Shown here: piece by piece, positions 8,311 through 18,855 of the stretch | How the letters are laid out: every line of letters starts with the position of its first letter | Numbering within the stretch: the stretch's first letter is position 1 | DNA from: Parcubacteria group bacterium | Lineage (GTDB): Bacteria; Patescibacteriota; Minisyncoccia; Moranbacterales; UBA9337 | Direction of reading: 5' to 3' | Assembly (NCBI GenBank): GCA_041662245.1 | Contig: JBAZSW010000005.1 | Span: 1 to 50,444 of the forward strand | DNA length: 50,444 nucleotides | Translations under genes and position numbers: made by a program | The notes under the pieces: model-generated | Databases searched by the model: none | Told to the model about the DNA's origin: nothing | Seen by the model: the letters and a program-made list of their open reading frames with translations, nothing else

Positions 8311-9162
8311 ATGTATGTTACAATGAAGACAAAGAAGGATATCTTAAATTATTTATTTAATTGTTTAAATTATTTATTTATGTCCGACTTGGGGAAAGAA
8401 AAGGGTGAAGATTTTAGGGTAGAAGATATTTACACGCCGCTCGAGGTGGCCAAAGAAGAAATTTGGCGACGCTGGAATGATAAAGAGCTTAAGAAAAAAG
8501 TAAAGAAGTTTCTAGATAAGGGTATTCCAGAAATTATGTTAAATAGCCCAAAAGCTATTTTGGCGAGACATGTCGCTAGTCCGAATAATGAATTTATTAA
8601 GTATTTGAAATTGTCGAAAAAAATAGATTTAAAACCAATTTGTTTAGAATATTTGAGTGATAAATTCAGATCCGAGAATCAAGATAAATATTATTTGGGC
8701 AAAATGTTTTTTTGCGATGGATTAGGAAAAAAGAATGGGAAAAGACTCAGTGCAAAGAAGGTAGTTGATTTGGATTATTCTGAAGGCAAGAGATTATCCG
8801 ATATGAAAACTTTATGGGGAGACAATTTTATAAAGTTTCATCATAATTTATTTTGTAACATATCAGAGGGATTTGAAAAATCTATTGTTGATGAATCTTT
8901 GTGGATTAAAAAAAATGGAGGAGATCCAAAGCTATTTTATGAAAAATTCTTTTCACTTTTTATTTGTTATGGAGTTTTGTTTGAGAATTATTTAGAAAAC
9001 AAAAATGAAAAAGATTTTACTGATAATTTAGTTATTCCAAATTTTAAAAAAGTGTATAATATTTTTGGAATAAAACCACTGGTAGTAAAAATTTATCCAT
9101 CAAAGAGAGAAAATGATTTGTTTTGGAGGTATTATCCAAAATCTATCGAAAAAATAAAATAA
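8311..9162 (+). CDS. hypothetical cytoplasmic protein
   Basis: Long ORF with no motif I recognise. The true start may be the internal Met of MSDLGKEKG. Confidence 0.55.
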   Translation: MYVTMKTKKDILNYLFNCLNYLFMSDLGKEKGEDFRVEDIYTPLEVAKEEIWRRWNDKELKKKVKKFLDKGIPEIMLNSPKAILARHVASPNNEFIKYLKLSKKIDLKPICLEYLSDKFRSENQDKYYLGKMFFCDGLGKKNGKRLSAKKVVDLDYSEGKRLSDMKTLWGDNFIKFHHNLFCNISEGFEKSIVDESLWIKKNGGDPKLFYEKFFSLFICYGVLFENYLENKNEKDFTDNLVIPNFKKVYNIFGIKPLVVKIYPSKRENDLFWRYYPKSIEKIK

Positions 9163-9183
9163 AAAAATAGTTTTATAAATAAA

Positions 9184-10935
9184 ATGAATTTTAATTTAGT
9201 TACACAAGTTGAAACTTGTTACTCTTTTATACATCAGAATCAAGATTTTTTGAGGTTTGTTTATTATTCGCACATTCCTACGATTTTTATCGCTCTATCT
9301 ATAGGGATATTTGTTTTTTTGAAAGATACGAGTGCTTTGGTTAATAGGCTTTTGTTGGGAATAGCGATTACTTTTTCTTTATGGGCTTCTTTTGACCTAG
9401 CTATTTGGAACTATTACGATAGTCGATTAATAATGTTTGCTTGGTCATTGCTTGGAATTTTGAATGTTTTATTATTTATATTAAGTTTATACTTTGTTTA
9501 TGCTTTTATTGAGAGAAAAGATGTCCGGTTAAGAAAAAAAATTATACTGGGACTAGTGCTCCTTCCTGCTGTATTAATGACCCCTACTAGTTTTAATCTG
9601 ATAAATTTTGATATTGCAAATTGTCAGGCGACTGAAGGCGCTTATTTTACTGGATATTATTATTTAGTTGGTTTTTTTATAGCTTTGTGGATAATTTTTC
9701 TAGCATTTTCGAATTGTATAGAAGCTAAAAATAATTCGAAAAGACAAATAATATTACTTACAATCGGGGTAGAATTTTTTTTGATGTCTTTTTTCGCCAC
9801 AGGTTTTTTGAATAGTTATCTAGTAGGAGCAGGTTTTATTACAGATGTTGTTAGTTTTGAAATAGAACAGTATGGTCTTTTTGGTATGACATTTTTTATG
9901 GGGATGTTGGCTTATTTAATTGTAAAATATAGGGCGTTTGATATAAAGATGGTCGGAGCACAGGCTTTAATAGTGGGACTCATCGTGTTAGTAGCTTCTC
10001 AATTCGCTTTTATCCAAAACTCTACCAATAAAATTTTAAATGGAATAGCCTTGTTTTTAATAACCGTTTTTGGATATGTGCTAATTAAAAGCATAAAAAG
10101 AGAGGTGGCACAAAAAGATGCTTTGGAAGTGGCTAACTATGAGATCGGAGAAAGGAAAGATCAACTTCAGAAAATTTCCGATCATTTGGCGGTGGCAAAT
10201 GCCAAGCTCAAGGAACTGGATACTGCCAAAAGTGAATTTGTTTCAATCGTGGCTCATCAATTACAAGGTCCACCAACAACTGTGAAAGGATATACGATGC
10301 TTCTTTTTGAAAATTCATATGGAGAATTGACTCCTGATCAAAAAGAGATATTACAAAAAATATATAATGCCAACGAACAACAAATTGCTTTCGTAAATGA
10401 TTTGCTAAATGTTTCTCGTTTAGAATCAGGTCGAGTAGTCTTTGCTTTTGAAGATTGTCAGATAGAAAATGTCTGCCAAGAAGTGGTGGATAATTTATTC
10501 ATAAAATCAAAGAACAAGGGTCTTTATTTGGATTATAAAAAAGCAGATAAATTACTTCCGAAAATTTCAGTAGATATCGCAAAGATAAGAGAAGCTATTA
10601 CCAACTTAGTAGATAATGCTATAAAATACACCAAAAAAGGAGGAGTAAGTTTAACGGTTAAAATTTGTAACGAAAACAATAATAACTGTGTGGATAGTCG
10701 TCATGTTAGAATTATAGTTTCTGATACAGGAATAGGTATTCCTAGTACTGAAATACCCCATCTTTTCTCTAAATTTTCTCGAGGCAAAGACGTCAAAAGA
10801 TTAAATGCCGGAGGGACAGGCTTGGGGCTCTATGTAGTAAAAATGATAGTAAATGGCAATAAAGGAAAAGTGTGGATAGAGTCAGATGGAGAAGGCAAAG
10901 GAACAAAATTCATTATGGAATTGCCAATTGTCTAA
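9184..10935 (+). CDS. sensor histidine kinase with a multi-TM N-terminal sensor domain
   Basis: About 7 hydrophobic segments and a coiled coil. H-box SEFVSIVAHQLQGP, N-box NLVDNAIKYT, DTGIGIP and GGTGLGLYVVK. Confidence 0.9.
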   Translation: MNFNLVTQVETCYSFIHQNQDFLRFVYYSHIPTIFIALSIGIFVFLKDTSALVNRLLLGIAITFSLWASFDLAIWNYYDSRLIMFAWSLLGILNVLLFILSLYFVYAFIERKDVRLRKKIILGLVLLPAVLMTPTSFNLINFDIANCQATEGAYFTGYYYLVGFFIALWIIFLAFSNCIEAKNNSKRQIILLTIGVEFFLMSFFATGFLNSYLVGAGFITDVVSFEIEQYGLFGMTFFMGMLAYLIVKYRAFDIKMVGAQALIVGLIVLVASQFAFIQNSTNKILNGIALFLITVFGYVLIKSIKREVAQKDALEVANYEIGERKDQLQKISDHLAVANAKLKELDTAKSEFVSIVAHQLQGPPTTVKGYTMLLFENSYGELTPDQKEILQKIYNANEQQIAFVNDLLNVSRLESGRVVFAFEDCQIENVCQEVVDNLFIKSKNKGLYLDYKKADKLLPKISVDIAKIREAITNLVDNAIKYTKKGGVSLTVKICNENNNNCVDSRHVRIIVSDTGIGIPSTEIPHLFSKFSRGKDVKRLNAGGTGLGLYVVKMIVNGNKGKVWIESDGEGKGTKFIMELPIV

Positions 10936-11082
10936 AGTCAATAGATTAATGGACGATTTTATTTCTGAAATAATATTTTTGGGTCGTCTTTTTTGGATGA
11001 CCTTTTTATTTTTTATTGTTCGATATTTTTGGTTCAAAATTTGGTTGTAACTCAATCTATATATTGGAAAAGCCGAATACTC

Positions 11083-11111
11083 TTGATAAAAATAAGAATT
11101 CAAGGCATAAT
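11083..11111 (+). promoter_or_regulatory. candidate promoter: TTGATA, 17-nt spacer, CATAAT, upstream of aspS
   Basis: Read directly from the sequence; 58 nt before the ATG. Confidence 0.4.
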
Positions 11112-11168
11112 GTATTTTAGTAATATACGTTATAAATCAATTGCTACAAATATAATAAAATTGTAAAT

Positions 11169-12977
11169 ATGAGAACACATACCTGTGGAGAATTAAATAA
11201 AAAAAATGTAGATGAGAGAGTGACTTTGGTCGGTTGGGTGCATAGAAGAAGGGATCATGGTGGGATAATTTTTATTGATTTACGAGATCGTTATGGATTA
11301 ACCCAAATAAAATTTGATCCAGCTATTAATAATGAAGCTTGGCAAGAGGCGGACAAACTTAGGAGTGAATGGGTAATTAAAGTAGTCGGAAATGTCTTGG
11401 CTCGACCAGCGGATATGCTTAATTTGAAATTGGCAACCGGAGAAGTGGAGGTAGGAGTAAATGAATTAGAAATTCTTAATAAATCCAAAACTCCCCCTTT
11501 TGAAATTGATGAAGAAAAAGCGGAGGAGGCTAATGAGAATTTGAGATTACAATATCGATTTGTAGATTTAAGAAGGCCAGAATTACAAAAATTATTGGAG
11601 TTAAAAGATAAATATATCCAATACATGCGAGATTATTTTCACAATTTAGGATTTATTGAAATACAGACTCCAATTTTAGCTAATTCTTCTCCAGAAGGAG
11701 CAAGAGATTTTTTGATTCCTTCTAGATTGCATCCGGGTAAATTTTATGCCCTTCCCCAAGCTCCCCAACAGTTTAAGCAACTTTTGATGGTAGGAGGCAT
11801 TGATAAATATTTTCAAATAGCGCCTTGTTTTAGAGACGAGGATCCTCGAATGGATAGGCATTATGGAGAATTTTATCAATTGGATATGGAAATGAGTTTT
11901 GTTACTCAAGAAGAAATTTTTGCTATTATGGAGCCTTTGATGATTGAATTAACTGAAAAATTTTCTAATAAAAAAATAATTAATTTTGACAAAAATAAAA
12001 GATTTATCCAACTTCCATGGAGAGAGGCAATGACTAGATACGGAAGCGATAAGCCAGATTTGAGATTTGGTTTAGAAATTAAACCGATTACCGAAATGGT
12101 GCGAGACTGTGGCTTCTCTGTTTTTGCTGGAGAAATAAAAAATGGTGGGGTGGTTCATGCAATGAAAGTAGAAGGTGGAGCAAAATTAAGCAGAAAAGAG
12201 ATTGATGAATTAACTCAGTTAGCTATTAGCAAAGAGGCTAAGGGTTTAGCTTATATTATTGTTAAAGAAGGCGGAGAATTGCAATCCCCGATTGTTAAAT
12301 TTTTAGGTCAGGATTTGGCAGATAAAATTGTAAATGAGGTGGGGGCTAAGGTGGGTGACATAATTTTCTTTGGAGCAGATACTTGGAAAATTGTATGTGT
12401 TAGTTTGGGTGCAGTTAGAAATGAATGTGCTTTGAAATTGGGACTCAAGGATAATACAAAGGCAGCGTGGTGTTGGATTGTGGATTTTCCAATGTATTCC
12501 TATTCAGAATTAGATTCAAGAAAGATTGATTTCGAGCATAATCCTTTTTCAATGCCTCAAGGAGGATTAAAATCTTTGGAGGAAAAAAATCCCCTAGAGA
12601 TATTAGCCTATCAATACGATTTAGTTTTAAATGGCTTTGAGGCTTCTAGCGGGGCAATTCGAAATCATAATCCTGAAATAATGTACAAGGCTTTTGCTAT
12701 TGCGGGTTACACTAAAGAGCAGGTAGATGCTCGCTTTGGAGCTTTGATTCGCGCTTTTCAATATGGTGCGCCACCTCACGGAGGAAATGCCCCTGGTATT
12801 GATAGGATCTTGATGGTTTTTCAAGATTTGGATTCTATCCGAGATATTTATGCTTTTCCTAAAGATGGACGAGGTAGAGATTTGATGATGGATAGCCCTA
12901 GTGAAGTGGATGTTAAATTACTTAAAGAGGCAAATATTAGAACATTAAAACAATTGAGTATTGAAACAAAAAAATAA
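11169..12977 (+). CDS. aspS: aspartyl-tRNA synthetase
   Basis: MRTHTCGEL...VTLVGWVHRRRDHGGIIFIDLRDRYG, class II motifs FYALPQAPQQFKQLLM and QIAPCFRDED, and GGNAPGIDRI. Confidence 0.95.
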   Translation: MRTHTCGELNKKNVDERVTLVGWVHRRRDHGGIIFIDLRDRYGLTQIKFDPAINNEAWQEADKLRSEWVIKVVGNVLARPADMLNLKLATGEVEVGVNELEILNKSKTPPFEIDEEKAEEANENLRLQYRFVDLRRPELQKLLELKDKYIQYMRDYFHNLGFIEIQTPILANSSPEGARDFLIPSRLHPGKFYALPQAPQQFKQLLMVGGIDKYFQIAPCFRDEDPRMDRHYGEFYQLDMEMSFVTQEEIFAIMEPLMIELTEKFSNKKIINFDKNKRFIQLPWREAMTRYGSDKPDLRFGLEIKPITEMVRDCGFSVFAGEIKNGGVVHAMKVEGGAKLSRKEIDELTQLAISKEAKGLAYIIVKEGGELQSPIVKFLGQDLADKIVNEVGAKVGDIIFFGADTWKIVCVSLGAVRNECALKLGLKDNTKAAWCWIVDFPMYSYSELDSRKIDFEHNPFSMPQGGLKSLEEKNPLEILAYQYDLVLNGFEASSGAIRNHNPEIMYKAFAIAGYTKEQVDARFGALIRAFQYGAPPHGGNAPGIDRILMVFQDLDSIRDIYAFPKDGRGRDLMMDSPSEVDVKLLKEANIRTLKQLSIETKK

Positions 12978-13081
12978 TTCATCTGTAATCAGCCATCGAA
13001 ATACATTTCAACTTTGATAGCTAATGACTTTTGACTTGATGACTATAATACTACTTTAAAAACTTTATAACTTCTCCCTAT

Positions 13082-13111
13082 TTGATTCTCGGTGCAAAAA
13101 TAGTGTATAAT
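13082..13111 (+). promoter_or_regulatory. promoter: TTGATT, 18-nt spacer, TGtATAAT (extended -10)
   Basis: Read directly from the sequence, 42 nt upstream of the receiver gene. Confidence 0.5.
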
Positions 13112-13152
13112 CAATTAAATGAATAAGACTTAATTTTTATAATTTTGATTTT

Positions 13153-13533
13153 ATGAATCGAACAGAAAACAAAAAGATATTAATGATAGAAGACGAAGAT
13201 GTTTTTATTGATATGTTTGGTAAAAAATTAACTCAAGAAGGATATACTATGACGTTTGCCAAGAATGGCGCTTGGGGAATCAAAGAGGCAATTGAAAATG
13301 AGTTTGATTTAATTTTAGTGGATATGGTGATGCCTGCCATGAGTGGGGAAGAAATAATTGCCAAATTAAAATTAGAAGAGAAAACTAAAAATGTTCCTAT
13401 TATAGCTTTATCGGCTTCAGTAGATGATGAAACAAAAAGAAAAATAGAAGCAATGGGCATAGTTGCTTTCTTTATGAAAACTCATATCACTCCGAGTGAG
13501 TTATCTCAAAAAATAAAGGAAACTTTAAGATAA
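13153..13533 (+). CDS. stand-alone response-regulator receiver domain (CheY-like)
   Basis: ILMIEDED, DLILVDMVMPAMSG and PIIALSA. 126 aa with no output domain. Confidence 0.85.
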   Translation: MNRTENKKILMIEDEDVFIDMFGKKLTQEGYTMTFAKNGAWGIKEAIENEFDLILVDMVMPAMSGEEIIAKLKLEEKTKNVPIIALSASVDDETKRKIEAMGIVAFFMKTHITPSELSQKIKETLR

Positions 13534-13544
13534 AACTGTTGATT

Positions 13545-13576
13545 AAAAAAGTACCAGTTTGAAAGCTGGTACTTTT
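13545..13576 (+). terminator. strong intrinsic terminator
   Basis: AAAAAGTACCAG-tttgaaag-CTGGTACTTTTT, then a T-run. Confidence 0.8.
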
Positions 13577-13659
13577 TAATTTTTTTGCATAAAAGTATTT
13601 CCTTTTTTACTAATTTAGTGTAGAATTAATTTGAAAGTTTTCTTTTTTAAAGGAGGAGA

Positions 13660-15054
13660 ATGAAATTGAACCAAAAAATAAAAAATAAAAATAAATATTT
13701 CAAAAAAGGAGTTTCTATCGTAGAGGCTTTGGTTTTGATTTTTGTTTTTTCGATAATAACGATATCTTTTTATTCGGTTTTTAGCGTAGGTTCGAAATAT
13801 ATAATTGGTTCTAAAAATAAAATTATTGCCACCTCTTTAGCTAATGAAAGAATGGAAATGCTTCGAAATTTGGCTTATGATAGTGTCGCTACAATAGGGG
13901 GTATTCCTAACGGTCCTATCGATCCTGATGAAAATATCACAGTAGGAGGTAAGATATTTCGAGTAACTACAGATGTTCGTTTTTATGATGACCCAGCAGA
14001 TGGTATTTTTGATGGTTCGCCTTTTGATAATGTTTCTAATGATTATAAGATTGCTGAAGTGGTGGTTTCTTGGGGTGATGGTGGTGAAAGCGAGCGAGCT
14101 ACTCTCAGTTCTAGATTCGTGCCTCCTGGAGTAGAGAATAGTGTGGGAGGAGGAACTTTTTCTATCAATTCAATTGATTATGCAGGTAACCCTGTTCCTA
14201 ACGTAACAGTTAATATTTATAATAATCAGATTTCTCCAACAGTTAATTACACGACGCATACTAGTTCAAATGGCAATCTCCTTTTGCAAGGAGTTCCGGG
14301 AGATATTAATCAAGATTATCAAATTACAATGAGCAAATCCGGATATGAAACAGCTGTTACGTATTCGCCAGCGACAGCTGGATTTATACCTTATGATGCT
14401 CATAGCAATATCATAGAGGGGGCCATGAATCAAAAGACAATGATAATTGATTTACTTTCAAACTTAGTGATAAAATCAAAAAATTCTTTTGGAGAAGATT
14501 TGCCGGATGTTTCTTTTGATTTAACAGGAGGAAGAAGATTGGATGATGGAACAACTGACCCGGGGATTTATGCTTTTGATCAAACTGTAGATACGGGTAG
14601 TGACAGTGAATTCTCAATAGGAAGTGCTAGTGCAGGTAAATATGTTTTAAAAAACTTTTCTTTTTCCAGTGGGGACTATGAGTTCAGAAAGGTTAGTGTG
14701 GGAGATGATTTAAATTCCAGTACTATAAATCTTGTTCCGGGCACAAGCCTTAGTACTAATATGATATTTATGGATAAGAATATTGATTCTGCTTATATAA
14801 ATGTAAAAGATTCCAATACGGGGTCAGTAATTGTAGGAGCGTCAGTGGAATTAAAAAATACCACGCTGAGCTATGACGTTACTCTTGTAACCGATAAATA
14901 TGGATATGTTTATTTTCCAGAAACCATTGCGTCGCCTCTTCAAAATGGAGAAACTTACGATATTTCGGTGACCGCTACCGGTTATACAAGTGGTAGTGAC
15001 AATGTAATTGTAAATAAATTTACCACCAAGGATATAACTTTAGTGGTAGAATAA
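13660..15054 (+). CDS. large type IV pilin-like (pseudopilin) protein with carboxypeptidase-regulatory-like beta-sandwich domains
   Basis: Strong SD (AAAGGAGGAGA). Prepilin signal KKG|VSIVEALVLIF with Glu at +5. Two segments resemble CarboxypepD_reg (GNPVPNVTVNIY...SNGNLLLQGVP...SKSGYE and GSVIVGASVELK...TDKYGYVYFP...TATGYT). Confidence 0.75.
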   Translation: MKLNQKIKNKNKYFKKGVSIVEALVLIFVFSIITISFYSVFSVGSKYIIGSKNKIIATSLANERMEMLRNLAYDSVATIGGIPNGPIDPDENITVGGKIFRVTTDVRFYDDPADGIFDGSPFDNVSNDYKIAEVVVSWGDGGESERATLSSRFVPPGVENSVGGGTFSINSIDYAGNPVPNVTVNIYNNQISPTVNYTTHTSSNGNLLLQGVPGDINQDYQITMSKSGYETAVTYSPATAGFIPYDAHSNIIEGAMNQKTMIIDLLSNLVIKSKNSFGEDLPDVSFDLTGGRRLDDGTTDPGIYAFDQTVDTGSDSEFSIGSASAGKYVLKNFSFSSGDYEFRKVSVGDDLNSSTINLVPGTSLSTNMIFMDKNIDSAYINVKDSNTGSVIVGASVELKNTTLSYDVTLVTDKYGYVYFPETIASPLQNGETYDISVTATGYTSGSDNVIVNKFTTKDITLVVE

Positions 15055-15065
15055 TTTTAAAAAAA

Positions 15066-15680
15066 GTGATGGTCTGTAATTTTAGAAGAAAATATAAGAA
15101 GGGAATGACTATTGTGGAATTAATAATTACTATGGGGATATTTTCATTGGTAATGATTGGCGTAAGTCAACTTTTCTTAAAATCTTGGCAGAACTATAAT
15201 TTTGTTATGCATACCAATGACTCATCTGTGGCCGCTAATAAAGGAGTAAGCGATTTAGTCAATGTTCTAAGGAGGGTGAGCGAGGCAGATAATGGCAGCT
15301 ATGCGGTGACAAGCGCAAATAGTTTTGACTTGAAGATTTATAGTGATATAGACAAGGACAATGTTACTGAAAAAATTCATTATTATTTAAATGGAACTAG
15401 TTTGATGGTGGGAATAAGTAATCCCAGTGGTTTTCCTCCGACTTATCCTTCTGGAGATGACACTTCAAAGGTTGTAATTAATAATGTGGTCAATACTTCA
15501 TCTCAGCCTTTATTTTATTATTATGATGGGAGCAATAATGCAATTAGTGCACCGGTTGGTGCTATAAATACTGTTAGGATGGTCAAGATAAATCTTGTAA
15601 TTTATCGTAAAGAAGGTAATCTGACCATAGAATCTTACGCTTCAATGCGGAATTTAAGTGATCATGATGCTATAAAATAA
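15066..15680 (+). CDS. minor pseudopilin (prepilin-type N-terminal cleavage/methylation domain)
   Basis: KKG|MTIVELIITMGIFSLVMIGV with Glu at +5. 204 aa. Confidence 0.75.
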   Translation: MMVCNFRRKYKKGMTIVELIITMGIFSLVMIGVSQLFLKSWQNYNFVMHTNDSSVAANKGVSDLVNVLRRVSEADNGSYAVTSANSFDLKIYSDIDKDNVTEKIHYYLNGTSLMVGISNPSGFPPTYPSGDDTSKVVINNVVNTSSQPLFYYYDGSNNAISAPVGAINTVRMVKINLVIYRKEGNLTIESYASMRNLSDHDAIK

Positions 15681-15686
15681 TTTTTT

Positions 15687-17123
15687 ATGAATACTTTTGA
15701 GAAAAAAATAAAATATTTATCAACTAAACAGGGCTCAGTTTTAGCTTATACTTTGATAATAATTTCAATAATTTCTATATTTTTGACAGCCTCTTTACGA
15801 GTTGTAGTGAGCAATATTCAATATGGCATAAATAGAGAATCAAAAGAGGAAGCTCTTCAAGTAGCTGAAGCAGGTGTTTATTTCTATAGATGGTATTTAG
15901 CTCACCAAGTAGCAGGTTTAACCAAAAAGCAAATTAGACAGTTTTGGAATTTGGGTACTGCTTATGGAGTTAGCACTGCTTATGAAGATGATTTTAATGG
16001 AGTAGGCACTTATAGTATAGAAGTTATTCCACCCCAGTCCAATTCCACTATTGTTATTGCTACTGTTACAGGTTGGACTTATAAAAATCCTAATATGAGA
16101 AGAACAGTTAAGGTGCGTTTCAGACAACCATCTTGGAGTGAATTTTCGGTGCTATGCGATTCTGATATTCGTTTTGGATCAGGAACAGAAGTTTATGGTC
16201 CTATTCATTCTAATGGAGGTGTTAGATTTGATGCGATAGCGCATAACATAGTTAGTAGTGGTGTCGCTAAATATAATGATCCAGACCACAGTGGAGGAGA
16301 TGAGTTTGGCGTACATACCCATGATGCTCCTGTGGATCCGCTTCCCCCAAGTGCTGTTCCTAGTCGTACAGATGTTTTTATAGCTGGGAGAGAATTTCCG
16401 GTTCCCGTTAAAGATTTTAACGGAGTATTATCTGATATGGCCGATATGAAAAGTGAAGCAGGATGTACTAATGTGGGAACGTACTGTGCTAGTGACACTA
16501 TTTCTTCTGCCAATGGTAGATACTTTAATAATTCTGGTTATGGCAGGCACATTATTTTACGCACTGATGATACAATGCGTGTTTATCGGGTAACTAATTA
16601 TAATTCTACGACGGATGAAATTAGCAGTGAAGCCCCTTATGTAAGCTACTCAATTCCCGATGATGGAATAATTTTTGTAGAAGATAATGTTTGGGTAGAG
16701 GGAACTATTAGTGGAAAAAAAATAACTATTGTGGCTGCTGATTTGGCAGGAGGAGGAGATAGAGATGTTTTCATAAAAAAAGATATAAGGTATACTAATT
16801 ATGATGGAAGTGATATTATTGGTTTAGTAGCGCAAAAAGATATTGAAGTAACTAGAGATAGCAATAACTTTTTGAGAATTGATGGGGCATTATTAGCTCA
16901 GAGCGGAAGAGTAGGAAGGGATTGGTTTAGTTCAGCCTATGATAAAGATACTATTACCGTCAATGGATCAATCGCGACTAAATTAAGGTATGGTTTTGCT
17001 TATACGGATGGCACTGGCTATACTAATAGAAATCTTATTTTTGATAACAATTTATTGTATTTTCCACCACCTTATTTTCCAACGGGGACAGACTATGCAA
17101 TTGATTCTTGGGAAGAGTTGTAG
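15687..17123 (+). CDS. large PilX-like pilus-associated protein (N-terminal hydrophobic helix, no Glu+5)
   Basis: KQGSVLAYTLIIISIISIFLTASLRVV N-terminus. It lies in the operon between the pseudopilins and pilM. Confidence 0.6.
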   Translation: MNTFEKKIKYLSTKQGSVLAYTLIIISIISIFLTASLRVVVSNIQYGINRESKEEALQVAEAGVYFYRWYLAHQVAGLTKKQIRQFWNLGTAYGVSTAYEDDFNGVGTYSIEVIPPQSNSTIVIATVTGWTYKNPNMRRTVKVRFRQPSWSEFSVLCDSDIRFGSGTEVYGPIHSNGGVRFDAIAHNIVSSGVAKYNDPDHSGGDEFGVHTHDAPVDPLPPSAVPSRTDVFIAGREFPVPVKDFNGVLSDMADMKSEAGCTNVGTYCASDTISSANGRYFNNSGYGRHIILRTDDTMRVYRVTNYNSTTDEISSEAPYVSYSIPDDGIIFVEDNVWVEGTISGKKITIVAADLAGGGDRDVFIKKDIRYTNYDGSDIIGLVAQKDIEVTRDSNNFLRIDGALLAQSGRVGRDWFSSAYDKDTITVNGSIATKLRYGFAYTDGTGYTNRNLIFDNNLLYFPPPYFPTGTDYAIDSWEEL

Positions 17124-17191
17124 ATGTTTTGAAAAAAGTTTTTTGCAATTGTTTACAGACATAAAAAATAAAAATAAAACAAATAATAAGA

Positions 17192-18259
17192 ATGATATTT
17201 TTAAATAAAAAAATAATTGATTTTAAAGATGATGCCCTAGGCCTAAGCATTGAGGATGATAAGCTTAGAATTGTTAGAATTGAAGATAATAAAATTAAAA
17301 GTTTCAATTCGGTGTCTATTCCTGAGGGAGTGATTGTGGATGGAGAAATTATAAATAAAGATGAATTTTTTAAAGTATTGGATAAATTGATAAAAGGAGC
17401 TAGGCCCAAAAAAATAAAAACAAAAAAAGTTAGATTAGCACTTTCTGAATCAAAGTCTTTCTTACGATTGATTTCTATGCCTTCCATGAGCGAAAAGGAG
17501 CTTAACGAAGCTATAAAATGGGAAATAGAAGCTAATATTCCCCTTTCTCTTGATCAGGTTTATTATGATTGGCAATTAGTGGGAGATATTTTTGCTAATG
17601 ATGAAAATGGGGAAGTAAAAGTTTTGGTTTTAGCAGCTGCCAAGAGAATAGCTGATCAATATTTAGATATACTGGAAGAATTTGGCTTGGAAGTTATTGG
17701 TATTGAATCTGAAACAACGGCTCTAACTAGAAGTTTGTTAAGTGAGCATAGCGCTTTAAAAACATCTTTGATAATAAGTGTGGATAAAAATAAAACAAGT
17801 TTTATTTTTGCTATTCAGAACATTCCTTGTTTTGCTTCAAGTATTCCAATTTCAGAAAAGAACATCATAGGCGCAATAGCGAAAAAATTTAATATTTCAG
17901 ATGAAAAAGCTAAAGAAATTGAAGAGAAGGATGGCATTGGATCATTTTTTGAAGACGATGCGTTATTTGAAGCCATAAAGCCAATTTTGGATGGATTAGT
18001 AAATGAAACCAAAAAAACTATAAGTTTTTATTTGGATGGTTTAAAATATTCAGCTTCTATTGATAGAGTCATTATTTGTGGAAAAATGTCACAAGCTAAA
18101 GGATTGATTCCTTATCTATCAAGGAATTTAGAAATTGAAGTTATTCAGGGAGATGTAAGAGAAGGAATGTCATCTAGCGTTAAGGATATCCCAATAATTG
18201 AAAAAGATAAAGCTATAAAATACGCCACGGCAATTGGTTTGGCATTGGGAAATAAATAG
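17192..18259 (+). CDS. pilM: type IV pilus assembly protein PilM (actin-like ATPase fold)
   Basis: Size, position before PilN/PilO-like genes, N-terminal LGLSIEDDKLRIV and GIESETTAL-type blocks. Confidence 0.7.
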   Translation: MIFLNKKIIDFKDDALGLSIEDDKLRIVRIEDNKIKSFNSVSIPEGVIVDGEIINKDEFFKVLDKLIKGARPKKIKTKKVRLALSESKSFLRLISMPSMSEKELNEAIKWEIEANIPLSLDQVYYDWQLVGDIFANDENGEVKVLVLAAAKRIADQYLDILEEFGLEVIGIESETTALTRSLLSEHSALKTSLIISVDKNKTSFIFAIQNIPCFASSIPISEKNIIGAIAKKFNISDEKAKEIEEKDGIGSFFEDDALFEAIKPILDGLVNETKKTISFYLDGLKYSASIDRVIICGKMSQAKGLIPYLSRNLEIEVIQGDVREGMSSSVKDIPIIEKDKAIKYATAIGLALGNK

Positions 18260-18291
18260 AGATATTTTTTATTTGTATATTTTGATTTATT

Positions 18292-18855
18292 ATGAAAATA
18301 AGATTAAATCTTTTACCAAAAAGTAAGGAAAAAAAGATAAAAAATAAAAAAATATTAAAGTTCGTAATTTTGCAAGAGATTATGATAATTCTTATTACAG
18401 TTTTGTTTTTTGGCGTAGTAAAGGGAGTAGATGCTATTGCTAGTTTTCGTTTGGATAGTGTGAATAAACAAATTTCTTCAAATGGAGCAAAGGGGGATTA
18501 TGTTGAGATAAAAAAATACGAAAATGGATTGAAGGATGTGAGAGCGAAAACATATTCCATAAGCAAAATTCAGAAATTTAGCGTCGCATGGGCGCCAGTT
18601 TTGGATAAATTAGCCCAGGTCCTTCCTTCGGAGATTACATTGACTTCCATAGATGGAAGCGGGTACAACTTGCTATTGAAAGGAGTGGCGCAGAATAGGG
18701 ATATTTTAATAAAAATGAAAGAGGATATGCAAAAAAATGAATGTTTTAAAAATGTAGTTATTCCTTTAAATGATATTGTTTTAAGAGAGAATATCGAATT
18801 TGAATTAAAGCTTGATATTAACAAAGAATGTCTAAACAATTATGAAAAAAAATAA
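18292..18855 (+). CDS. pilN: PilN-like pilus assembly protein
   Basis: MKIRLNLLPKSKE N-terminus (INLLP motif), then a single TM segment. Confidence 0.6.
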   Translation: MKIRLNLLPKSKEKKIKNKKILKFVILQEIMIILITVLFFGVVKGVDAIASFRLDSVNKQISSNGAKGDYVEIKKYENGLKDVRAKTYSISKIQKFSVAWAPVLDKLAQVLPSEITLTSIDGSGYNLLLKGVAQNRDILIKMKEDMQKNECFKNVVIPLNDIVLRENIEFELKLDINKECLNNYEKK